A stretch of 60,039 bases of DNA, counting the filler, from Fonticula-like sp. SCN 57-25 (lineage: Eukaryota), in NCBI GenBank assembly GCA_001724245.1. It is 4 parts of 4 records of this genome, joined end to end, with 100 filler letters (N's around TTAATTAATTAA, not from the genome) between each part and the next. Parts side by side here need not be neighbours in the genome. Positions count along the whole stretch, not along the records: positions 1 to 14,537 come from MEDX01000157.1; positions 14,638 to 31,133 come from MEDX01000158.1; 2 more parts are not named here. One strand, written 5' to 3'. The notes beneath the pieces are model-generated. The model was not told where the DNA came from. It searched no databases and saw only the letters and a list, made by a program, of their open reading frames with translations. This document shows, piece after piece, positions 13,101 through 23,705 of the stretch. Positions within the stretch are counted from its first letter, which is position 1, and each line of letters starts with the position of its first letter. A program made the position numbers and the translations under genes.

Positions 13101-13947
13101 GGCCAGCTCTGGGACCTCGATTACGTCCAGACCGTACGCTCTCGTCGTTTTGTATGAGGCTTGCTTAGCAGATTGGTAGCGGTTGGTGCATACGCTTTGC
13201 GTAGGCCGGCGGCGGCTCAGGTTTGATAGCACCCACTTTGCTTGTGCCGTCTTTGACGGCCCGGGTACGTTTGCTTCGATTGGCACGTATACGCCGCAGC
13301 TGTCGCTTTCTCGTACGCGCGCCTCTCGTGGTCGCGCGCAGCTAACTCCGGTCTGTGTTTTAGCTACGGCCATCCGCGCGTTTGCCGAGTTTTCATCTCA
13401 AGCGCGCCACGATTCAGAGCGTCTGCTTCAGGCGGCCGAGCAATTCCTCACGCTCGGCAATCAAATTGCCCGCCTCCTGCGTGTGGATGCGTCCGCTGCT
13501 AGTCTCTTTGACGTACAGCGTATGGGCGACGAGCGGCTAGCTCAGCTTTGCGTCGACGCTGGCCTCACCGCAGAGCATGTTTGCAGCGCCCGCCGTTTTC
13601 TTTTGCGCGGTGTCCAGAGCGCCGTAACGCTCGGGCTGCCGTTTGCGGAGGAGCTCCCGCCAAGGGAACGCGGACGGCTTGCGGCTCTTTTGGATGAAGC
13701 AACGGACGAGGACATTCTTATCGTCCTGGACACTGTGGAAGAGTTCATGCACGATGCAAAAGTGAGCAACGCGGAGGACCCGCTCGTGACACCGTGTATT
13801 GTGTACAGACAGCCGTTCTGCAACTATGAGGATAATGAGGAGCGTTTCGCAAACCTCGTGGAGGGCCTCGCTTCGGTACAAGTCAAGCACACGAACCATT
13901 TTGCCCGCATGCTTTTGGATGCGTTGTGCAAGCATCATAAAATGTAA
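1171..13947 (+). CDS. RNF213: RNF213/mysterin-like giant AAA+ ATPase E3 ubiquitin ligase (~4,000 aa, ~13 short introns) with RZ finger
   Basis: The ORF pieces join through GT-AG introns, e.g. 4138-4183, 5735-5784, 6419-6474, 9964-10012, 10576-10629, 11275-11329, 11708-11762, 12005-12063, 12749-12794. RNF213 signature motifs occur in order: SKEAGAGKS, PVIMRGETGTGKT, IVFFDEVNT, PLFLVGEPGSSK, VVLDEV, YGLRDFY, LYDVLN, PLLNRFEKH, then the RZ finger YMCANCNEPFMIGNCGMAMQEGRCTRCNGPIGGAQH. Confidence 0.88.
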
Positions 13948-14133
13948 GTCGTACTGTAGCATTACCAATTGTAAGTCATACCATTGTAAATATTTCGAGC
14001 TACTAATGCACACGATAATCACAGAAATTAATCATGATGTTGATCCGTAACTTATCCTCGCATGTGGCATATATTATGTTTAGTACCGTACTGTATGGGC
14101 AAGTGTTAATATGACTTTACATGTGCGACATCA

Positions 14134-14302
14134 AATCACGTGATCATATGAGTGAATCCGGGTTTTTTGCACTTTTTTAGTTGTACTGTAAGGTTTGAAT
14201 AATGTACTGTATGTTTCCAGTTCTCGCAGGAATTAGTGACACCGAATCACGTGATCGTATAAGAGAAACCGTTTTTTTTTACAATTTTTTAGTTATACTG
14301 TA
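14134..14302. repeat. Degenerate direct repeat (period 111 bp) containing TCACGTGA, within a TACTGTA/TACAGTA-rich tract
   Basis: aatcacgtgatc...ccg..ttttt...ttttttagtt.tactgta occurs at ~14134 and ~14245. Confidence 0.6.
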
Positions 14303-14537
14303 CTCTAAAGCTTATAGTACACTACTGCAATTATGTACTGTTCTGTATGATACAGTACTGTATTGTACCAATTCTCACATACTGTACTGTAACTGTAAGG
14401 ATGACACCCCTTACCTATTCACTCTTCTCTATTGGAACACTATCCTGCTTTCCCGCCAATAGTCTTTGTATCCTTTCCTCAGATAAGGCCTCTCTCCTGA
14501 TTGGTCCTCTACACATTCTATTCCCATATTAGGCAAT

Positions 14538-14637
14538 NNNNNNNNNNNNNNNNNNNNNNNNNNNNNNNNNNNNNNNNNNNNTTAATTAATTAANNNNNNN
14601 NNNNNNNNNNNNNNNNNNNNNNNNNNNNNNNNNNNNN
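14538..14637. other. Assembly gap with artificial stop-in-all-frames linker
   Basis: N run + TTAATTAATTAA + N run, 100 bp total. Confidence 0.97.
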
Positions 14638-15668
<1,031 letters not shown>

Positions 15669-15947
15669 TGACGTCATGGTGATGACGTAGGTGGTGACGT
15701 CAGAGAAAAGTATTTTTTAGATTTGGTTTTGGAAGAGAGGGGGTGCGCGTGGATGAAGGTGGAATGCATGTGTATTATATATGCATGTTATATAAAATGC
15801 GTTGTTGTTTCACTTTGTTCTTTCTCTTTGTCGCTGGTTTTTAATGTCTGCGTGCGGGCCCGGAAGGTTTTTGTAATGTGTGGGATCGCATCTATTGTGC
15901 AACAATACAGGATCGTGCTGATAAACATTGAAGAGGGGTGGGTGGAA

Positions 15948-16046
15948 TGATAGATAGAACGAAAGATAGATAGACTGATAGAACGAAAGATAGATAGAAC
16001 GAAAGATAGATAGAACGAAAGATAGATAGATAGAACGAAAGATAGA
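15948..16046. repeat. Tandem repeat of ~16-nt unit GATAGATAGAACGAAA
   Basis: Repeated gatagatagaacgaaa units between convergent gene ends. Confidence 0.85.
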
Positions 16047-16293
16047 ATGGTGATTACGTCATCACACATACAGATAGATAAATGTGCACTCTACAGGGGT
16101 GTGACATGCATGTGGCCAATATGATTAATCGCGTGCACATTCCATAGAATTATTCCATAGTACTGATACCATATTATGACCGTATGAACATGGACTCGGA
16201 ACTCATACAAAAGTGACCTAAAGTGACACAAAATGACACAAAAAATACAATAAAGTACCAAAAATATATTCATTGCTATTCTATTCAAAAAAG

Positions 16294-17211
16294 TTACAAG
16301 ACTGTTGGCTCTATCCTATGGCTGAGCAGCAAGTGTGACCTGAGCCCCCTCCTCGTCCCAAAGCAGCAAGCACACTGCGTGCACGCATACGCCAAATGAA
16401 CGTCCCCGAGCATCCACGTGGGCGCGCCGCTTTCTCTTTTCTTTTCGTCCGCCATCATCGCCGAGATGGCGCCGACGCCCGCCGCTTCCGTGCCAGCCTC
16501 GGCCGCGGCCGCCGCCAACAGCGCCGCCGCCGCGATCGTCGACTGATTCAAGCTGCCACGTGGGCGACCACGCGGCCGCCGCTGCTCGACGTCGGGCACT
16601 TCTTCCACGTGGGCGGACGGCGATGGCGCGGTGTCGTCGTCTGGGAGGCCGCCGTCGTTGTAGTAGGCGTAGTCGGCGCTGGTGGCGGCGGTGGGGATGG
16701 CGGCGCGCACGGCGGTGTCGGACGATGAGGATGCGGCGGGGAGGGGTGTCGGATCGGCATAGTTGAAGATGACCTCGCGGGATGGGTAGAATCGCTTGAT
16801 CAGTTCTTCGACTTGGTCTTTGAGGAGGACGGCCATCTTGGGGTGCTTTACGGGCACGACGCCGCTCTCGACAAGATGCTCTTTCTGCGCAGAGTTGATG
16901 TTCATCACGGTCATCATGGGGTAGCGCGCGTAGAGGGCGCCGCGATTAAAGCCGAGAAGGCGCGCGACATTGGCGCCGAGAACCCACTGTTTTTTTTCGT
17001 TTGGCTTGAGGGAAAAGACGACAAGCTCGTTCGAGGCGGGCTCGGCGAATTGCTGGACGCCAGAGAGCATGGGGGAGGGAGAGGCGGACACATCGGCGGG
17101 ATTTCCAGAGGCCGACGCAGAGGCATCGGCGGGCGGGGAAGACGGCGGATCGACAGATACAAGGCCGGAATCTTGATCCGATTCGGCCGCGGAATCAGAT
17201 GGAGGCGCCAT
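16294..17211 (-). CDS. Chromatin protein with PHF10/SMARCB1-type winged-helix domain, AT-hook and C2H2 zinc finger
   Basis: WVLGANVARLLGFNRGALYARYP...QKEHLVESGVV...LLKDQVEELIKRFYP resembles the PHF10-SAY/SMARCB1 N-terminal winged helix. RRPRGRPR is an AT-hook and CTQC...F...L..HLLLSH is a C2H2 finger. Confidence 0.65.
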   Translation of the reverse strand: MAPPSDSAAESDQDSGLVSVDPPSSPPADASASASGNPADVSASPSPMLSGVQQFAEPASNELVVFSLKPNEKKQWVLGANVARLLGFNRGALYARYPMMTVMNINSAQKEHLVESGVVPVKHPKMAVLLKDQVEELIKRFYPSREVIFNYADPTPLPAASSSSDTAVRAAIPTAATSADYAYYNDGGLPDDDTAPSPSAHVEEVPDVEQRRPRGRPRGSLNQSTIAAAALLAAAAAEAGTEAAGVGAISAMMADEKKRESGAPTWMLGDVHLAYACTQCACCFGTRRGLRSHLLLSHRIEPTVL

Positions 17212-17420
17212 TTCGGCCGGGCAAAAAGGCGCAAAGAAAAGAAAAAGGCGCGCGAAATAAGCCTAAATTATCTACAGAATCAAAAGGGAATACGTCGGCG
17301 ATCCCGCTCGCGCCCACCAAGCAAGCAAAAATACAAAGCAACCAAGCACCTCACCTGCGTTTACGCACGCGATTTTAATTTGTGGCAAGATTGTGGGCAG
17401 CATTGTAGCAATACTGTGCG

Positions 17421-18313
17421 ATGGCGGACCGGGGCGTGAAGCGGCGGCGGGTGACGGGCGGCGCGGCGGCCGCGGGCGGGGATCCCGCCGAGGACGTGAA
17501 CGCGGAGGCGCAGGGGACGCCGGGGGACGCCGAGTTTGCGGGTATCGCCGACAGCGATGTCAATGCCGAGATCGCGCACGAGGAGGAGTTTGAGGAGGAC
17601 ATGGAGGAGCTCGATGCCGAGCAGGCCGATGAGGGGGAGCCCACGGCCGATCTCTCTGCGGCGTACGTGGCGGCGCTCTTGTTGATGTGAGGCTGACAAA
17701 GTGTGAATAGGACGCGGAAGGAGCTCGAGAACAGGAAGCGCGAAATGACGCTACCGCAGTTTATCCAGAGCCTCGAGCACTTTCAGCCAGTGGTACGAAA
17801 TGATTAGAGGGTGATGAAAAAGAAAACAGGGAAAACAATATGAAATTTGCATGAAAGTGGGCGTAGTTCAGAGGGCTTAAGGGAATTTATCATGTTATTT
17901 TCGGCGTTTTCTAACATAAAGTGGCGCAGATTCCGGACGCGGTAACAAAGTTTTACCTTGAAAAGGCCGGTTTCAACTGCGATGACGTCCGGATGTACGC
18001 ACAGTTTACCTTACTTTCCTGTCTAACACAAGCCCCTTTTTAGCCAACGCCTTATTGCGCTTGCCTCTCAAAAGTTTATTGCCGACATCACGCGCGATGC
18101 CATGGCGCACTGCCGCATCCGCGGCGCGACGCAGCCGTCGTCGGCAAAGTCGGGTCGCATGGGCGGCAAGGTACATTTTCTTTCCTCAAATTCTTCTTTT
18201 ACTTACTGTGCGGTCCACAGGGCGAAAAGAAGCTTGTACTGGCTACCGAGGACCTGATCCTCGCGCTCAAGGAGCACGACATTGACGTCTCCAAGCCAGA
18301 GTACTACTTGTGA
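17421..18313 (+). CDS. TAF10: TFIID/SAGA subunit TAF10 (5 exons)
   Basis: The spliced product reads [48 protein letters not shown]...KKLVLATEDLILALKEHDIDVSKPEYYL*. Confidence 0.92.
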
Positions 18314-18880
18314 TCCCTTTTCCCTTTTCTGTTTGTGCCAGCCACTTGTACATTGTGTAAATATACGGCGTTTAATAAACACGTTGAGCAACTGTTACGC
18401 GTGAGTGAATAGCGCGTCGAATAGGCTTTTGGGATCTTTTTGTGGTCTGCCTGCTCACATCTTTCGCGTCTTATCTCACTCGATCGCGATCGAACATGGA
18501 TCGCGATTGATTGTGGGGGTCTTTCCTTTCGGAAGTCGACGCAAGCCTCGTGTGGTGGTGGTCAAGGGGAGAAAACAGATCGGCGCTTGGATCAGTTCAA
18601 GCCGCGCGGTTGCCTTTTCGCCTTTTCCTTCTTCTTTACGCAGCCTTCCGTTGCCGCTTCATTCTCTTTTGGGTATCCGCTACATCGGAGCAGAACAAGG
18701 CATCTCGCTTTTTCTGTTTCGCGTTTGCAGAGGAAAAACTCTTTAGAGGGAATCCGGTATTTTTTTCGGTTTGATCAGGCGGACCCTTTGTTCGTCGGAT
18801 TCAAACGCGAGGGTAAAGAGGAGTCGTTTATAAACCTTTTTTTTTTCTGAAAAGAAAGAAAAAAGGGGCAGACAGCCAAA

Positions 18881-21000
18881 ATGTCTACAAAGCCGCAGCA
18901 GCATCGCGGGCGCTATCATGTGCGTGCCGATCTCTGCAACAATCGTTTGCTAATCTATGAATGGTAGGGCGACTCGTCTCGCAGTGTTTCTGACCAGAAC
19001 TTGAACGTGCGTTTTTACTCGCTTTCCACTCCTTTACTGACATGATTTCCTTAGCGGCTGTGCGAGCTGTTCAAGGAGTGGCGCCGCGAGGATCTCCAGC
19101 AGCTTCTCACAGAGAACAACGGCGACGTCGAGCGCGTTGCCGAAGCCATCATTACAGGCGAGGCGCAGCCTTTCGAGACTGTGAACCGCAAGGAGAAGGA
19201 GAAGGCCAAGCCCTCTGGGTCAAAGTCCTCGGACGATGCGCACAAGTCGGATCGCGCCGCGCGCGGCCCTCGCCCTCCCCGTGGTGGTACGCAGTGATCG
19301 CATGCCAAAATTTTAGTTTTGCTCACATGAAATGCACAGACGCGCGTCCCCCGCGCCGCCAGAACGCGGCCGCTTCGCCGTCCGTTCCCGCCGTTGCCGC
19401 CGCTGACGAGTCCGCCTCGACGACGACGGAGGCCGCTGAGCCGACCGCCGCCGAGGCCGCGTCTGCCGCTCCCGCCGCGTCGCCCGCCGTCGCGCCGGCC
19501 GCCTTTGCGCCGTCGTCGGCCGCCGCCGCCAAGGCCGTCCGCCCCAAGCTGCCGGCCCAGTCGCCCGCGCCCGCTGCCACCGCTTCCGCTGCCGCCGCCC
19601 CCGCGCCGTCAGCCACGCGTCCCGCCGCGCGCCCGCCGACCGCCATGGGAACCATGTCGTGGTCAAAGGTCGTTTCGTCGCACACGCCCGAAAAGCCCAA
19701 GCCCGTGGAGAAGCCCGTTGAGAAGCCCGTCGAGAAGGTCGCTGAGAAGCCCGCTGAAAAGCCCGCCGAAAAGGTTGAGGAGAAGGCCGCCGAGCCTGTT
19801 GCCGCCGCTCCCGCCGCCGCCCCTGCCGCCGTTGAGGCCGCCCAGCCGCCGTCGCAGCCCGCGAGCATGCCCGTCGGCACTCGCCCCCGCCCGCAGCTGA
19901 ACGCCGGCTCGATGTCTGCGCTCGCGCAGCAGACGGCCGCGCTCCAGATGGACGCCAAGTCGGCCGCGTACGCCCAGCAGCAGCAGCAGCCCGCTGCCGC
20001 CGCGACGCGCGGCCCGAGCCGCCGCCCGATGGCGCAGCAGCCCGGCGTTACGCTCCCGCAGCTCGCCGGTTTCGGCGGCGCCGCTCAGTTCCCCGGCGTG
20101 AGCTTTGGCTCGCTGACGAGCCCGTCGGCCGCGCCGGCCGTCCAGTTTGGCCTTGACTATGCCGGCGAGGACGCCTCGGCCGTTTCGGCCGCCGCCGCTC
20201 AGCCGCAGGCCGCCCCGGCCGCTGTCATGATGCCGTCGGCGCCGATGCCGCAGGTCCCGATGGCCGCCGGCCCGCTTCCGTCGCACCTCCCTCAGCAGCA
20301 GCAGCAGCGCGGTGGCGCGACTGTCGTTGCGCCGTCGATGGCGCCGCAGATGGGCGGTCGCCGCGAGCAGGGCGCCCCCGCTGCCGCCGGCGCCGCCGAC
20401 ATGTACGGCGGCTACTATGGCATGCAGGCCGGTTACTATGACGAGCGCACGCAGGCCGCCGCTGGCGACTTTTTCGGCAAGGCCGACACTTCCGCCGCGG
20501 CCGCCGCCGCCGGCGGCGTCCCGCAGCCTTTCTACCCGTCGTACCCCGCTCAGTACCCCGCCAACTATTACCCGCAGTACTACTCGCAGAACATGTACTA
20601 CCCGCAGATGGCGGGCGGCAAGGGCGGCGTCGGCGGCTACAACCAGCCGAGCCACTACAACCAGTACGCGAGCGGCGGTGCCGGCAAGATGGGCAATGGC
20701 ATGTCGTCGATGGAGTATGGCCAGCAGCAGCAGGCGCCGGCGCAGGTCGGCCAGCAGCAGCAGGTCGGCGGTGGGAACAAGCGCTACAACCAGGACCGCC
20801 AGCACTTCCAGTCGGGGCGCCAGAACTGGCAGCCGCAGCAGCAGTACCAGCAGCAGCAGCAGTACCAGCAGTACCAGCAGCAGCAGTACATGCAGCAGCA
20901 GCAGCAGCACATGCAGGGTCAGCAGGGCCAGCAGCAGCAGCAGCCCATGCAGGGGCAGCAGCAGCAGGCGGCTCAGCAGCAGTGGGCGCAGTCGTCGTAA
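18881..21000 (+). CDS. Def1/UBAP2-like CUE-domain protein with Q-rich low-complexity C-terminus
   Basis: Three short 5' introns. The spliced N-terminus RLCELFKEWRREDLQQLLTENNGDVERVAEAIITGEAQPFETVNRK fits a Def1-type CUE domain, followed by SWSKVV, SFGSL and a Q/Y/P-rich tail with CAG repeats. Confidence 0.72.
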
Positions 21001-21130
21001 TCGCAAAAGTGAGGGAATAAGAGTGTAAATAAAAATAGCCAAAAGTAAATTGTCGATGAGGGAAAATGGGGAATTGTGATTGGTTGAGAGGCGTTTTGCG
21101 CAGTCATCACGCGCCAAATTTTGGTGGCGG

Positions 21131-23385
21131 ATGGCGACGATTGACCTCACTAGCGAGGAGGACCGCGTGGAACCCTTAATAGACTCGCATTTCAGCGATG
21201 ATGAAGGAGAGCGGTCCGGCGCGGTAGAGCTAGAAGAGGAGGATTATGATTTGTTGGATCGCGGGACGGCATCGAGTGTGGGTGCGCGACTGGAGCATGT
21301 TCGCGCCATGGCCGAGCGGCTTGATCGGCGCCGCGCTGCTCTTGAGCGTCTCTTTTCGCGGCTTGTTCGCGACGAGGAGAAGCGCACGGCGTCTGCGGCT
21401 GGCGCGCTTGCTTCTTCCAAGGACTGGGGCAACATGTCCTTTCCGTGGGATGCCGATGCCCAATCTGTATTGGAGGAGCGATTCGGCCTGTCAACGTTCC
21501 GCTCTTCTCAGCGCGCCGCCATCAACGCTCTTCTTTCCGGCGAGAATGTCTTTGTGGTAATGCCGACGGGCGGCGGAAAAAGTCTTTGCTACCAGCTTCC
21601 CGCGCTCGTCCGCCCGGGATTTGTCCTCGTGGTGTCGCCGCTGATCGCGCTCATTGATGATCAGGTGTCTATCCTTGCGGATCTCGGGATCCCCGCCGTG
21701 CACTATGGCTCGCACCTAACGCGAAAGGACCGCTCAGCGCTGCTCGCGCGGCTGCGAAGCGCCGACGGCGGGATAAAGGCGCTCTTTGCGACGCCCGAAA
21801 TGATCGTCGTCAACACGACGCTCCTGACGACCGTCGAAAAGTGCCACGCGGACGGGCTCGTGAGCGCGTTCGCTATCGACGAGGCGCACTGCTGCTCCCA
21901 ATGGGGACACGACTACAGACCGCACTACAAGGACCTCGGCATTTTAAAGGTATGCGGGTGTGTTTATTTTGTTATTCATGGTTTCCTTGACCCATTTTCG
22001 CACTTTTCCATTCGATTTTCTCACTGTTGCCACTTTCAGCGCCAAATGCCGCGCGTACCTCTGATTGCGCTCACCGCCACTGCCTCTGGCCGCGTCCGCG
22101 AAGACGTAAAATCTATCCTCCGCATCGAGCACTGCGTCGGCCTCTACTCCTCCCCCCTTCGCACCAACCTCGCGTACTGCGTCGAGCCCAAGCCGACGTC
22201 CGCTTCCGCCACCGCCGCGCGCATTGCCGCCGTCGCCGCCTCGCACGGCCCCGCCGCCTGCGGCATCGTCTACTGCTTCTCCCGCTCCGACGTCGAATCC
22301 ACCACGGCAGCACTCTTTGATCTCGGCGTCCGAGTGGTCGCCTACCACGCAGGCATGGCCCAGGCCGACCGGGAAGCCGCCCACGTGGCTTGGCTTCGTG
22401 GCACGTCTCGCGTGATCGTGGCCACGTCGGCGTTTGGACTCGGCGTGAATAAGCATGATGTGCGGTTTATCGTGCACGCGTCGCTGTGCCAGAGTGCAGA
22501 GCGGTACTATCAGGAGAGTGGGCGGGCGGGAAGGGACGGGAAGAGGGCAGAGTGCGTGCTGCTGTATAGGCCAATGGAGGTGTTTAGGCTGTCGACGGCG
22601 GTGTTGGCGGAGCAGACGGGGTTGGCAAAGTTGTACGCAAACGTTAAGTACTGCAACGACCTAAAGTACGTTGATGTTAGTTGGGTTTTGTGGGAATTGC
22701 GGTGGAAACCGAGTTTTTTTGGTTACAATTTTGGTTATTTTATGTCGATTTTGGTTATTTTGTGTCGATTTTTTGTCAAATTTTTGTTAAATTTGTGTCA
22801 AATGTGTCGATTTTCCCCCGCTTTCCCCTCATTCTCATCAATCAATTTCTTCACAGGACGTGCCGCTCGACGTCGCTTGTGCGCTTTCTTGGCGACGCTT
22901 CCGCCGCCGCCCCCTGCGGCCTCTGCGACAACTGCACACGTGACATGCCCGCGCCCGAAACAGACGTGACGTCATCAGCCGCCGCCCTCGTGCGCTTTGT
23001 GGCGCAGCTCGAGTCGACCGGCGACGCGCCGCCGCCCGCCGAGCTCGTGGCCACGTGGCGCGCCGGCCGCGCACGCAAGCGCAAGAAGAGAAAGGACGAG
23101 GATATAGAAGAGGAGCCCACGTGGCCATTGGCGGAAGTTGAGCGTCCGCCGTATAGCCGCGAGGACTGCGAGGCTATCCTGGTTCGGCTCGTGGCGGACG
23201 ACTATTTAAGGGAAAAGTTTACGCATAATGCATATGCGACGAATACGTATATTGTAGCGGGAAGGAGAGCGGAGGAGCTGCTGCGGGGAGAGGCGGTTAT
23301 TAGTATTGCGCTTGTCGGAAAAGTTGGCGAGGAGAAAAGGGCAAAGAAGAAAAAAAAGGGCGATCAGTCGGAAGACGACGACTGA
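21131..23385 (+). CDS. RECQL: RecQ family DNA helicase (RECQL/RecQ1-like)
   Basis: Motifs MPTGGGKSLCYQLPA, IDEAHCCSQWGHDYRP, ALTATA, YHAGM, QESGRAGRDG, a Zn-binding CR...CGLCDNC and a winged helix with F.HNAYATNTY. Introns ~21950-22039 and ~22666-22856. Confidence 0.92.
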
Positions 23386-23705
23386 AAACATGAATCAGAT
23401 ATTATGTACTGTAGAATTGTATTACGCTTGTGTATCATACTGGTGCAATATTATAACTTGGACGGAAAACTTTCCTTATTTCCGTCCAAGCACATTTTGA
23501 AGCACCTTTTTATTTTTGCCAATCAGACCAAAATCAGAGAAATCAGAAGGACCGTGTCACCATTGTGAGCCAGGTTGTCAGCATTTGGTCCCAGGTACTC
23601 CCTGCCAGCTCCCTGCCAGCTCCCTCAGCCTCCCTGCAGAGTGGTATAGACTCCGATAACGTCGTCAGCGTTGTCTTTCCCTTTTCCACATCCGTCATCG
23701 GCGCC

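Noticed and set aside
1171-13947. Fragmented ORFs read as an operon or as programmed frameshifts
   Set aside because: Each junction checked is explained by a short GT-AG intron that restores the frame.
14582-14593. TTAATTAATTAA palindrome repeated three times in the window
   Set aside because: It is always centred in a 100-bp N gap, so it is an artificial scaffold linker. Gene neighbourhoods across it cannot be trusted.
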